Shown: in pieces, positions 44,033-53,406 of the stretch
Position numbering within the stretch: the first letter of the stretch is position 1
Layout: each line of letters starts with the position of its first letter
Source: Clostridia bacterium
Lineage (GTDB): Bacteria > Bacillota > Clostridia > Oscillospirales > CAG-272
Direction: 5' to 3'
Assembly: GCA_017415805.1 (NCBI GenBank)
Contig: JAFQEC010000038.1
Coordinates: 1,335 to 65,334, forward strand
DNA length: 64,000 nt
Position numbers and translations under genes: made by a program
Notes under the pieces: model-generated
Told to the model about the DNA's origin: nothing
What the model saw: the letters and a program-made list of their open reading frames with translations, nothing else
Database searches by the model: none

Positions 44033-45480
44033 AAGGCGCACCGATCTTTACCGCCCTTCGTGCCGAGATCCCCAATCCCCGTCAGCGTGCCTTTTTTGCC
44101 TCAACGGCGCGCCACACCGCGTACGGCGGGGCGCGTGGGGGCGGAAAATCCTGGGCGATGCGCCGCAAGCTGGTGCTGCTTGCCATGCGCTATCCGCGCT
44201 TGCGGCTGCTCTTACTGCGCCGCACGCTGCAGGAGCTGCGCGAGAATCATCTGCTGCCCTTGCAGGTCGAGCTCAACGGCTACGCGGAATACCGCAAGGA
44301 CGAACGTGCCTTCCGCTTTCCCAACGGCTCACGCCTGACGCTCGGGTATTGCGACAGCGACGGCGACGTGCTGCAATATCAGGGTGCGGAATACGACGTG
44401 ATCGGCTTTGAGGAGGCCACACATTTCAAAGAGGAATGGATCGTCTTTATCTGTACCGCGCTTCGCACCACCAAGACCGACTTCCGTCCGCGCGTCTACT
44501 ACACCTGCAACCCCGGCGGAGTGGGACACGCCTTTATCAAGCGGCTGTTCATCGACCGCCGCTACCGCGCGAGCGAGAACCCCGAGGATTACGCCTTTAT
44601 CCCCGCGGGCGTTTATGACAACGCGGTGCTCATGCGCGCCGATCCCGAATATGTGCGCCGCCTCGAGGCACTGCCCGAGCACAAGCGCCGCGCGCATCTG
44701 CACGGCGACTGGAACGTGTACGAGGGGCAGGTGTTCGAGGAGCTGCGCGACGATCCTTCGCACTATACCGATCGGCTCTTTACCCACGTGATCGAGCCCT
44801 TCGCACCCCCCGCGCACTGGGAGCGCTATCGCTCCTTTGACTTTGGCTATGCCAAGCCCTTTTCGGTGGGGTGGTGGGCAAAAGACGGGGACGGGCGGCT
44901 TTATCGCATTCTGGAGCTCTACGGCTGTGCACCCCGCGAGGCAAACGTGGGCGTGCGCTGGAGTCCCGAGGAGATCTTTCGCGAGATCCGCCGCGTGGAG
45001 GGGGAGCACCCATGGCTGGCGGGGCACCGTGTAAGCGGCGTGGCCGACCCCGCCATCTGGGATGCCTCACGCGGTGAGTCGATCGCCGAAACGGCCGAGC
45101 GATGCGGCGTTTATTTCGAGCGCGGGGACAACCGCCGCGTGGCGGGCTGGATGCAGCTGCACAACCGTCTGGCTTTTGACCAAAACGGCGTGCCGATGCT
45201 CTATGTTTTTCGCAACTGCCGCGAATTCTTGCGTACCGTGCCCATCCTGCAATACAGCGCCCAGCACCCCGAGGACGTGGACTCGGATATGGAGGATCAC
45301 ATTGCCGACGAGACGCGCTATCTTTGCATGCACGTGCCCATGCGCCCCGAGCGCACAGCGGGAGTGCGTACCGTTGCGCTGGAGAATCCGTTGGATCTAC
45401 CCATTTACCGCCATCAATATCAAACGCGGCGCGAGGAACGCACCGCAAGGAGGAGAAACGATGAAAAAAAAGAAAATTGA
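44020..45480 (+). CDS. Phage terminase large subunit
   Basis: Walker A is YGGARGGGKSWA. Walker B-like is YDVIGFEEATHF. C-terminal nuclease-like region includes DFGYAKPFS...DHIADETRY. Confidence 0.85.
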   Translation: MESMKGAPIFTALRAEIPNPRQRAFFASTARHTAYGGARGGGKSWAMRRKLVLLAMRYPRLRLLLLRRTLQELRENHLLPLQVELNGYAEYRKDERAFRFPNGSRLTLGYCDSDGDVLQYQGAEYDVIGFEEATHFKEEWIVFICTALRTTKTDFRPRVYYTCNPGGVGHAFIKRLFIDRRYRASENPEDYAFIPAGVYDNAVLMRADPEYVRRLEALPEHKRRAHLHGDWNVYEGQVFEELRDDPSHYTDRLFTHVIEPFAPPAHWERYRSFDFGYAKPFSVGWWAKDGDGRLYRILELYGCAPREANVGVRWSPEEIFREIRRVEGEHPWLAGHRVSGVADPAIWDASRGESIAETAERCGVYFERGDNRRVAGWMQLHNRLAFDQNGVPMLYVFRNCREFLRTVPILQYSAQHPEDVDSDMEDHIADETRYLCMHVPMRPERTAGVRTVALENPLDLPIYRHQYQTRREERTARRRNDEKKEN

Positions 45481-47182
45481 CATTCCACAGATCCGTGCCG
45501 CGATGGAGGAGCTGCGTGCCTGGAGCCATGCACGCGCCGATCTGACCGCACGGCTCGCGCAGGAGGAGGAATTCTATCGCCTTCGTATCGCGCCCCGTGC
45601 GCATTGTAACACCGAGGGCGAGGATTTTGCACCGCGCTCGGCCTGGCTGCTCAACACCATTTTGCAAAAGCACGCCGACATGATGGAGAGCATCCCCTCG
45701 GCCACGTGTCTGGCGCGCGAGCAGGGGGACGAGGCGGATGCCGCGGCGCTCTCCCGCATTTTACCCGTGATCCTGGAGCGCAGCCGCTTCGAGGAGCATT
45801 ATTCCGATAACATGTGGTACAAACTCAAGCACGGCGTTTGTGCATGGGGTGTGTTCTGGAACACCGAGCTGGAAAACGGCCTTGGTGACGTGGATGTACG
45901 TCGCGTGGAGCTGCAAAATCTCTACTGGCAGCCCGACGTGCGCGATCTGGAGGACTCGCGCGCGCTTTATATGGTGGAGCGCATGGATCGCCAGACGCTG
46001 TGCGCGGCCTATCCGAATTACAATGCAGAGTCTGCTGAGGGCGAGTTGTTGCAGGGTGAGGAGAGCGATCCCGACCGCGTGAGCGTGGTGGACTGGTACT
46101 ATAAGAAGCGTACGCCAGAGGGCAGAACGGTGCTGCATTACTGCAAGTTTACGGGTGACACTGTGCTCTTCGCCTCGGAGAACGATCCGCGCTACCGGGA
46201 CGGCTGGTACGCGCACGGCTCGTATCCCTTTGTGCTCGACGTTCTCTATCCCATCGAGGGCACGTGCACGGGCTTTGGCATTGTGGCCATGGCGCGCGAT
46301 CCCCAGATCTATATCGACCGCATGGATCGCAATCTGTTGGAATACATGGACTGGGCCACGCGCGTGCGCTATTTTTGCAAGAGAAACGTGGGCATCAATA
46401 CCGACGAATTCGGGGATCTCACGCGCCGCATCGTAGAGGTCGAGGGCGACATCGACGAGGAGCGTCTGCGCCCCATTACCGCACCCGCGCTGGATGACGT
46501 GTGGCTGTCGCTCAAGACCTTGAAGGTGGACGAGCTCAAGGAGACCACCGCCAACCGCGACGTTCTGCAGGGGCTTACGAGTGGCGGCGTGACCGCCGCC
46601 GCGGCGATTGCCGCACTGCAGGAGGCGGGCAGCAAGGTCATGCGCGATATGGTCAGCGCATCCTACCGCGCATTTGTGCGCGTGGTGCGGCTGGTTGTTG
46701 AGTGCGTGCGTCAGTTTTACAGTGAGGCGCGCAGCTTCCGTATCTTAGGAGCAGACGGCGCGTACCGCTTTGTCTCGTGGTCAAACGAGGGCATCCGCGA
46801 GCGCGTGGGTGAAATTTTGCCCGACGGCACGGCACTCTGCCGCCGTCCGATCTTTGATATCGACGTGCGCGCCGAGAAAAAGAGTGCGACCTCGCGCCTT
46901 TCACACAACGAGACCATGCTTGAGCTCTACCGTCTCGGTGTCTTTGACCCCGCAAACGCGTCTGCCGCCAAGATCCTGCTGGACGGTATGGATTTTGATG
47001 GGATCGGTCGCGTGCGGGAGCAGGTCGCAGCCCTTGTTGCAAGCGATCAGCCGTCCGCGGCTCGCACGGCTGAGGGGGAGAGCCGGGTCCCGCCCTTGTA
47101 CGATCAGGAGGCCCTGCTCGCCAAGAACGCGGCTGATCTGGCGCGCTTGCGCACCGAGGCCACCGCAGAGCAGGGCTTGTAA
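45461..47182 (+). CDS. Phage portal protein
   Basis: 573 aa directly after TerL with a 20-nt overlap. ATG follows AAGGAGGAG. Typical size and acidic C-terminus. Confidence 0.75.
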   Translation: MKKKKIDIPQIRAAMEELRAWSHARADLTARLAQEEEFYRLRIAPRAHCNTEGEDFAPRSAWLLNTILQKHADMMESIPSATCLAREQGDEADAAALSRILPVILERSRFEEHYSDNMWYKLKHGVCAWGVFWNTELENGLGDVDVRRVELQNLYWQPDVRDLEDSRALYMVERMDRQTLCAAYPNYNAESAEGELLQGEESDPDRVSVVDWYYKKRTPEGRTVLHYCKFTGDTVLFASENDPRYRDGWYAHGSYPFVLDVLYPIEGTCTGFGIVAMARDPQIYIDRMDRNLLEYMDWATRVRYFCKRNVGINTDEFGDLTRRIVEVEGDIDEERLRPITAPALDDVWLSLKTLKVDELKETTANRDVLQGLTSGGVTAAAAIAALQEAGSKVMRDMVSASYRAFVRVVRLVVECVRQFYSEARSFRILGADGAYRFVSWSNEGIRERVGEILPDGTALCRRPIFDIDVRAEKKSATSRLSHNETMLELYRLGVFDPANASAAKILLDGMDFDGIGRVREQVAALVASDQPSAARTAEGESRVPPLYDQEALLAKNAADLARLRTEATAEQGL

Positions 47183-47511
47183 TGATCCGTGTCTTTGCCG
47201 ATCGCTGCGGCGGTCGTTACCGCTTGCTTGTTGAGGGGCATGCCGAGCACCATGCACAGGCCGACTGCGTCTGTGCCGCGGTCTCGGCACTGGTGCAGAG
47301 CCTGGTGCGCTTTGCCGCTACGTCGCCCGATTGCCGCCATGTGCGCTACTCGGTCGAGCGAGGGAGAGTGTTTCTCTCCTGCCGCGCAGGCCTTGGGAGC
47401 AGCTTTGACATGGTGCTGGGAGGGCTTGCGGAGATTTCCCGTGCCTATCCCGACTGCCTGCGCATATCCGTTAACGACAAGCAACAGAGAGTATGCTACA
47501 ATCACACATGA
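47182..47511 (+). CDS. Prp-like cysteine protease (DUF464 family, phage-encoded)
   Basis: VEGHAEHHAQADCVCAAVSALVQSL matches the GHA...D.VCAAVS His/Cys signature of ribosomal-processing protease Prp. Confidence 0.7.
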   Translation: MIRVFADRCGGRYRLLVEGHAEHHAQADCVCAAVSALVQSLVRFAATSPDCRHVRYSVERGRVFLSCRAGLGSSFDMVLGGLAEISRAYPDCLRISVNDKQQRVCYNHT

Positions 47512-47591
47512 TGCACATACACGAAAATCGGCACACATATTAAGGGGTTTTGCGTGACGCTGCATCGGACGCCACGAAAGAGTGAGGGAAT

Positions 47592-48263
47592 ATGAAGCAA
47601 TTTGCTTGGCGCGGGCTGGGGCTGTTCGGCTCCGAGCTCGGGGGTGGAGATGAGGTCTTGTCTGCCGTCACCCCGCAGACGAAGGAAACGGGCGAGATCT
47701 TGGAAGCAAGCGCTCCCGACGCCGGGGAGACGACCGCAAGGAAAACGCGGGAGCAGGAGTTCCGTGCGCGTATGGAGGGGGAATACAAGGACCTCTTCAC
47801 CGCCTATTTTCAGGAGACCTTCAACCGCCGTTTTCGGGAACAAAGAAGCAGGATCGAGGAGCTGGAGCGTGCACACGCCGTCGTCGAGGCGGCGGCCGAG
47901 CGTTACGGCACGCAGGATGTGGCCGAGCTGCTGACCATCATACGGGCGGAAAAGAATACGGCGTCGACAGAGATGGAGACAGCTTCGACATCCGCAACAA
48001 TGCCGCAGGACGGTGCACAAAGCACGTCCTTGGATGCAGAATTTGAGCAGCGGCTGCGTGCGGCGGTGCGCGAGGCGGAGGCACGTGTGCGTGCCGAGAC
48101 CGTGCGGGAGGTGCTGGACAGTATTCGTGCGCGGGGCTTGCGCCCCACTGAAGGCGCACTCTCCAAGCGATCGGGTCACGCACTCGGTGCCGCGCGACTC
48201 TCGCGTGCACAGCGCGCCGAAATGGCGCGCCGTGCGGCACGCGGGGAGCATATAGAGTTCTGA
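47592..48263 (+). CDS. Phage scaffolding-like protein
   Basis: Lies between portal/Prp and the capsid gene. Charged, helical, Glu/Arg-rich (EQEFRARMEGEYKDLFTAYFQETFNRRFREQRSRIEELE). Confidence 0.6.
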   Translation: MKQFAWRGLGLFGSELGGGDEVLSAVTPQTKETGEILEASAPDAGETTARKTREQEFRARMEGEYKDLFTAYFQETFNRRFREQRSRIEELERAHAVVEAAAERYGTQDVAELLTIIRAEKNTASTEMETASTSATMPQDGAQSTSLDAEFEQRLRAAVREAEARVRAETVREVLDSIRARGLRPTEGALSKRSGHALGAARLSRAQRAEMARRAARGEHIEF

Positions 48264-48299
48264 CCCTGCCTTTGTTCCAACCAAAAGAAAGGAAGGAAC

Positions 48300-49691
48300 A
48301 TGAAGAATTTTAAGATGGACCTGCACTGCTTCGGTGCAGGGGAGAATCTGCACACCACCACGGGTGTGACCGACACGGAAAGCGGTCTTTCGCTGCCCTA
48401 TGGCAAGAGCGACGGGCTTTCCGCCGAGATGCGGACCTATTACGCCGACTATCTCATTGACAATGCCGAGCCCAATCTGATCCACGATCAGTTCGGCCAG
48501 AAGCACCGTATCCCCAAGAACGGTGGCAAAACCATTCAGTTTCGCAAGTACGATCCGCTGCCCAAGCTGACCGCTGCGCTCTCGGAGGGCGTGACCCCCA
48601 CAGGTCAGTCGCTCAATATGGGTGTGGTCGAGGCCACCGTGCATCAGTATGGCGGCTACGTCGAGCTCTCGGACCTGCTGCTGCTCACCGCCATTGACAA
48701 CAACCTCGTGATGGCGACCAAGCTCCTCGGCTCTCAGGCGGGCCGCACGCTGGATACCATCACCCGCGAGGTGCTTTGCGGCGGCACGAACGTGCAGTAC
48801 GGCGCGGATGCCGTGGCGGCACGCTACCTGCTGGTGGGCGGTGCTTCGGGCGAAAATCACTATCTGAGCGTGGATTGCATCCGTCGTGCGGTGCGCTTTT
48901 TGAAGAACCAGAACGCCGAAAAGATCAACGGCGCGTATGCCTGCATCATCCACCCCGACTGCGCCTATGACCTGATGAGCGACGTGAACTGGAAGTATCC
49001 CCACCAGTACCGCGACACCAAGGCGCTTTACGAGGGCGAGATCGGCATGATCGAGGGCGTACGCTTTGTAGAATCGACCGAGGCAAAGGTGTTCCATGCG
49101 CCCGATCTGGCCGAGAATGCGCGCACCATGCAGTGCCTGGCGAACGCCTATACCACGCTCGACACTCCCGGCACCGTGACCGAGGGCTGCGGCACGGGCT
49201 CGCTGTACCGCCTCAAGATCGGCGGCGCGAGTGAGGGCTACCGCGCCACGCAAAAGCTCGTTGGCCGTGCGATTTTGTACTACGACGCATCCGAGAGCTC
49301 GTGGCAGTACGCCGTGATCACGGGTGCGCTCTACAGTGCAAGCGGCGACAACTACGTGTACCTTGACCGCGAGCTGCGTGCGGGTGCAACGGGTGCCACC
49401 GCGCTGACCACCGCCACTGAGGATATGCTGTATCCCGGCGAGGCAGGTCTTGGCGGCCGTGACGTCTACGCGACGCTGGTGCTGGGCGATAACGCCTACG
49501 GCACCACCGAGCTGGAGGGCGGCGGCCTGGAGCACATCGTCAAGCAGCTGGGGTCTGCGGGTACGGCAGATCCTCTCAACCAGCGTGCGACCGTTGGCTG
49601 GAAGGCCACGAAGGCGGCGGCACGTCTGGTGGAGGCCTTTATGGTGCGCATTGAGACTGCCTCGACCTTTGAGGCAGGCGAGACCGCCTAA
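48300..49691 (+). CDS. Phage major capsid protein (pattern reminiscent of the N4-gp56 capsid family)
   Basis: 463 aa. YYADYLIDNAEPNLIHDQFGQKHRIPKNGGKTIQFRKYDPLP resembles the family motif as I remember it. The position after the scaffold gene supports the call. Confidence 0.75.
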   Translation: MKNFKMDLHCFGAGENLHTTTGVTDTESGLSLPYGKSDGLSAEMRTYYADYLIDNAEPNLIHDQFGQKHRIPKNGGKTIQFRKYDPLPKLTAALSEGVTPTGQSLNMGVVEATVHQYGGYVELSDLLLLTAIDNNLVMATKLLGSQAGRTLDTITREVLCGGTNVQYGADAVAARYLLVGGASGENHYLSVDCIRRAVRFLKNQNAEKINGAYACIIHPDCAYDLMSDVNWKYPHQYRDTKALYEGEIGMIEGVRFVESTEAKVFHAPDLAENARTMQCLANAYTTLDTPGTVTEGCGTGSLYRLKIGGASEGYRATQKLVGRAILYYDASESSWQYAVITGALYSASGDNYVYLDRELRAGATGATALTTATEDMLYPGEAGLGGRDVYATLVLGDNAYGTTELEGGGLEHIVKQLGSAGTADPLNQRATVGWKATKAAARLVEAFMVRIETASTFEAGETA

Positions 49692-49744
49692 AATTCATAC
49701 CGTCCGTGGGGGTGCTTCCACGGAAGAAAGAGAGGAGAAACCCT

Positions 49745-50146
49745 ATGGAAGAGAATGAAAAAAAGGCACTCCTGACACTCAAGAAGGAGCTGCAGGAGCT
49801 GCGTGCGGAATACGACCGACAGATGGCGCGCTTTACCGCGCCTGAGGCGGCCGCACCGCGTGAGGAGAACGATGAGGGCCTGCGCACCTTCCTGCGTGCA
49901 CAGGAGGACTGGCTCAACGAATACGTGGAGATCCGTCTGTTCAAGGACAACGAGAAGTACAAGGATGACGTCTACGTGGCCATCAACGGCAAGAACTGCG
50001 TGATCCGCCGCGGTGTCTGGACGCGCATTCGCCGCAAGTTTGCGCTGCTGCTCGATCAGTCCGAGATCCAGGATCTGCGCACGGCAGAGCTGATGGAGCG
50101 CGAGGCAGGTCGCTTTGCGGGCGAGAGCCGCCGCCGCGGCGTGTGA
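49745..50146 (+). CDS. Hypothetical phage head-associated protein (133 aa)
   Basis: ATG follows GAGAGGAGAA. Coiled-coil N-terminus. The position suggests a decoration or head-completion role. Confidence 0.55.
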   Translation: MEENEKKALLTLKKELQELRAEYDRQMARFTAPEAAAPREENDEGLRTFLRAQEDWLNEYVEIRLFKDNEKYKDDVYVAINGKNCVIRRGVWTRIRRKFALLLDQSEIQDLRTAELMEREAGRFAGESRRRGV

Positions 50147-50153
50147 GGTACGT

Positions 50154-50486
50154 ATGACCGCCAAAGAGCTTTTGGGAATGGTGGCAGGGCTACGCCCACA
50201 CGATTACCCCGATGACGTGCTTTTGCACTGGGTCGACGAGCTGGAGGGGCGCATCGCGCTGGAGATCCACGGGGCGGCAAAGCCGCCCCGCCCTGTGCAG
50301 ACGCGCATGGGACTCCCCCTTTCGGCCCCCGCGCCCTACGACCGCCTTTATTGGGCCTATCTGCTTGCGATGCTGGACCTGATGGAGGGCGCGCAGGAGG
50401 CCTATGCCGCCTCGCACGCGCTGTTCCGTGAGGCCTATGATGCCTATGCGCGCTACGTGGTGCGTACGGGAGGAGGGGGAGTGTGA
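50154..50486 (+). CDS. Hypothetical phage protein (110 aa), head-tail connector-sized
   Basis: MTAKELLGMVAGLRPHDYPDDVLLHWVDELEGRIALEI. Synteny only. Confidence 0.5.
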   Translation: MTAKELLGMVAGLRPHDYPDDVLLHWVDELEGRIALEIHGAAKPPRPVQTRMGLPLSAPAPYDRLYWAYLLAMLDLMEGAQEAYAASHALFREAYDAYARYVVRTGGGGV

Positions 50487-50608
50487 GGCGCAGGCCGTTT
50501 TCCGCCCCGTTCAAGGGGATACGGTCGCTTCTTGCCCCTGTCGCACCTCAAATCGCCCGTGCATCCTCGTCCTGTGGGGAGCTCCTCGCGTGAGAGAGGA
50601 GATAAGAT

Positions 50609-50965
50609 ATGAATTTTTTGACCTGGATCACCGAAAACTGGGAGCTGGTCTGTATTTTGCTCGGTGTGCTGGTGAACGCCGCGGCGCTGGTCTATAACAT
50701 CTACAAGCTGTGTCGCTCGGGCAAACTGCGCGCCAGCCAGAATTGGCTGGAGCTGCTTGAGGCGGCGCGCCGCTTTGAGGTGGAGGCCGAGGGCTTTGCG
50801 GAGTATTCATCGGCCGAAAAGCTGCACTATGTGCTCTCGCGCTTGCGCAATTATGCCGCCGAGCTTGGCTGTGCGTACGACGAGGAGCGCTTGATCGAGC
50901 AGATCAACAACGACATCGCCTTTACCAAGGCGGTGAACGCCGACAAAAGCGAGCGGCTGGAATAA
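50609..50965 (+). CDS. Holin-like protein (LL-H family-like: one N-terminal TM segment plus a helical tail)
   Basis: WELVCILLGVLVNAAALVYNIY is the TM segment. The tail ...AEKLHYVLSRLRNYAAELGCAYDEERLIEQINNDI resembles LL-H holins (from memory). Confidence 0.5.
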   Translation: MNFLTWITENWELVCILLGVLVNAAALVYNIYKLCRSGKLRASQNWLELLEAARRFEVEAEGFAEYSSAEKLHYVLSRLRNYAAELGCAYDEERLIEQINNDIAFTKAVNADKSERLE

Positions 50966-51067
50966 GCCGCCGCACCCGAAGTGCCACGCGGAAGCGGATG
51001 CCGTCAGTGAAACGGCCGACCTTTTGCTGGCGCTGGTAAAGCTATTGAAAGGAGTGGGAGAACTGCT

Positions 51068-51517
51068 TTGAATTACCAAGAGAAGGTGAGCACCCGTGCC
51101 GATGTGCGGGCGCTCTATGAGCGCGTGATCGCAAATCCTGCCATTGCGTGCTATCGCGGCTATACCGAGACCAAGTCCTACGGCTGGGACGTGGCCGTCG
51201 ATGACGTGATCAAGCGCGAGGGCGAGCACTGGTTTGAAAACCCGTCCTACGATGCCGATTACGTGCCTGAGGGCACGCCCACACATGAATCGGCCGAGCT
51301 GCTGGACGAGCAGCTGGAGGAGCGCGACCGTCGCATTCGCGACCTGGATGCCGAGCGCGGTGAGCTGTGCGCTCTGATCGATGCGCTCAATGAACAGATC
51401 GCCGAGCGTGAGCATAAGGCGGAAGCGCTGGAGCACGAGCGAGACGATGCACGTGCTGCGCTTTCCTCGTTGCGCGAGGCCTTCGGCGTGATCCGCCGTT
51501 GGCTGTCGGCGGAATAA
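51068..51517 (+). CDS. Hypothetical coiled-coil protein (TTG start)
   Basis: RBS AAAGGAG is upstream of the TTG. The C-terminal half is heptad-like (LDEQLEERDRRIRDLDAERGELCALIDALNEQIAEREHKAEALEHERD). Confidence 0.5.
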   Translation: MNYQEKVSTRADVRALYERVIANPAIACYRGYTETKSYGWDVAVDDVIKREGEHWFENPSYDADYVPEGTPTHESAELLDEQLEERDRRIRDLDAERGELCALIDALNEQIAEREHKAEALEHERDDARAALSSLREAFGVIRRWLSAE

Positions 51518-51522
51518 ATCCT

Positions 51523-51550
51523 GCGGGCGACAACTGTCGCCCGCTTTTTT
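51523..51550 (+). terminator. Intrinsic terminator inside the island
   Basis: GCGGGCGACA-ac-TGTCGCCCGC followed by TTTTTT. Confidence 0.8.
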
Positions 51551-51594
51551 GAAAGGAGCAAAACAATGAATACAAGAAAAGAAGGGGGAACGGT

Positions 51595-53247
51595 ATGAGA
51601 CTACCCGAGGCCGCACCTGCCCTGCGGCGAGCCGAAACGACCATAGAGCGATTTGGTGGGCTGGTGCCGCAAGCCATGGCGGGACCTGCGGACATCGTAT
51701 CCATGCAGGGCCTCTCGCCCCATGCACATCCCGCGCTTGCTCCCGCCGCGCCGTTGCGTGTGCTGGAGGGATTTCCGGGAGAAACCGTGGCACTTTATGT
51801 GAGTGACGAGGGCTTGCTCGCGATCCAGCGCGTGAATGATGTGTACCGCTTTTGTCTCTGGCGTGAGGGCGATGCGGAGCTGCAGGAGGTCTTTGCTTAC
51901 AGATCGGGCCGGGGTTCTGTCCGTTCCATGCGCGGCGCGTGGTTTGGTGATTGGCTGTATATGATCGAGCAAAACACATTTATCGATATTCCGAACAACG
52001 TGAGCTACCCGATCCACGCGCTTTGCGTGAAGTGCAAGGCGCTTTTGGACTATGAGCCCGAGCCCGGCAGTACATATCCGCAGCCCGGTATTGGTATTCG
52101 CTATCCGTACGGTATGCCGCGCTATTGCGTGGGTGAGTATCTGAAGTGCAGCTACACAAGAGGAGGAAAGCCCTTTGAGAGTGTCGTTCGCATCGACCGT
52201 ATTGAGGGTGATTCGATCTATGCCGATATGAGCGCCATGGAGCCCGTAAACGAGATCGATGATGAGGAGTTCACAGTAGACGGCACGATGCCCGAGGGGC
52301 TTGTGGCGATCTTTCGCTCGGGCGACCGTCTCTGGGGCTTTACCGAGAATCGCATCTATGCCACGGCGCGTAACGCGCCCAGCTGCTGGCTGCCCTACCC
52401 CCATTTTGCCCCCATCGACAACGCGTTTTCGGTGGGTGCGCCCAACGTCGGCCGACTGCTCGCAGGCATTGATTTTCGCGGTGAGCCGATTTTCTTCGGC
52501 TCGGAGGGCATCATCCGCATCGCGGGAGAGTCGCCCGAGGATTGGCGTGCCGAGTCGATCACGGGGCGGGGCTTGGAGCAGGGAAGCATCTTCTCGCCCG
52601 CCACGGTGGGCGACACACTTTTTTACCTCTCGCCCGAGGGCGTTTGTGCCTATCGGAGCGGCACGCCCAAGCTCATCAGCGGATTTTCACCCGAGCCCCT
52701 CATGGAAGGGATCGGGGGGAGCGACGGGCGTTGCTATATCCTGCAGGCGCGGGACGCAAGCGGCGCGCTGCACCGTTTTCGCTACGATCCCGAGAGCGAG
52801 GGGATCTATTGCGAGGAACCCGTTTCACACGTGCAATTCTTGCGCGTGGGGTCGTCGTGCTTCGGCATTCGTGACAACATGCCCGTTGTGCTCGGCGGAG
52901 TGGATCTCTCGACTCCGTTGCTGGATGCAATGCGCGAGAGTGGCATCTTTTCCTTTGTAGCGGAGCCAACCCCGTCTGCGGCGGAGTTTGGGCCGTGCGA
53001 GCTGGATCCCGGCGTTTGCACGCCCACAGAGCTTATCGTGCGCGCCTCGGTGGCAAGAGGGGCACGGCTCGCCGTCGGCATCCGCTACGGCGAGGGGGAG
53101 GATGCACCCGTCGAATGGCGCGCACTGCAAGGGCCGCTGCCCGCCACCACACACCGCTTTGCGCTGCGCCGCCGCTCGGCCGATTCCTACGCACTGCTTT
53201 TGAAGGGAGAGGGGGATTGGCGTGTGTTCGCGCTGGAGGCGCACTGA
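51595..53247 (+). CDS. 550-aa hypothetical protein, possibly beta-propeller-like; last gene of the island
   Basis: ATG follows GAAGGGGGA. Recurrent strand-like motifs include LWGFTENRIYAT, IFFGSEGIIRIAG, LFYLSPEGVCAYRSG and CYILQARDASG. No family recognised. Confidence 0.6.
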   Translation: MRLPEAAPALRRAETTIERFGGLVPQAMAGPADIVSMQGLSPHAHPALAPAAPLRVLEGFPGETVALYVSDEGLLAIQRVNDVYRFCLWREGDAELQEVFAYRSGRGSVRSMRGAWFGDWLYMIEQNTFIDIPNNVSYPIHALCVKCKALLDYEPEPGSTYPQPGIGIRYPYGMPRYCVGEYLKCSYTRGGKPFESVVRIDRIEGDSIYADMSAMEPVNEIDDEEFTVDGTMPEGLVAIFRSGDRLWGFTENRIYATARNAPSCWLPYPHFAPIDNAFSVGAPNVGRLLAGIDFRGEPIFFGSEGIIRIAGESPEDWRAESITGRGLEQGSIFSPATVGDTLFYLSPEGVCAYRSGTPKLISGFSPEPLMEGIGGSDGRCYILQARDASGALHRFRYDPESEGIYCEEPVSHVQFLRVGSSCFGIRDNMPVVLGGVDLSTPLLDAMRESGIFSFVAEPTPSAAEFGPCELDPGVCTPTELIVRASVARGARLAVGIRYGEGEDAPVEWRALQGPLPATTHRFALRRRSADSYALLLKGEGDWRVFALEAH

Positions 53248-53290
53248 CGCAGGTCGCCGATAAAAAAGAGAACAAATTTTGTCAAAGGTC

Positions 53291-53320
53291 TTGACGCGCC
53301 GCGCACGAGAGTGCTATAAT
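53291..53320 (+). promoter_or_regulatory. Promoter of serC-serA
   Basis: TTGACG, 18-nt spacer, TATAAT. Confidence 0.55.
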
Positions 53321-53406
53321 TAGATTTAATCTTTATAAAGTGCTCACGCGCGCGATGCGCGGCGGCATAATCAGCGGCATAGCCGCGTGTTTGCGGAGGT
53401 AACAGT

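Larger units (their letters stand above)
42132..53247. mobile_element. Phage-derived island: immunity module plus head/packaging genes, with no integrase, replication, tail or endolysin genes seen
   Basis: Gene content as listed individually. Flanked by glpK and serC. No flanking direct repeats were found by eye. Confidence 0.6.

Noticed and set aside
51566-51598. 10-codon mini-ORF (MNTRKEGGTV) behind a strong AAAGGAG, overlapping the start of the 550-aa gene by ATGA.
   Set aside because: It could be a coupling or leader ORF, but it is too short to evaluate. The 550-aa gene has its own GAAGGGGGA RBS.
42100-53400. Searched the borders of the phage-derived island for att-like direct repeats or a tRNA target.
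   Set aside because: By eye, no repeat of 12 nt or more is shared between 42100-42200 and 53240-53400, and no tRNA is adjacent. The borders therefore remain defined only by gene content.
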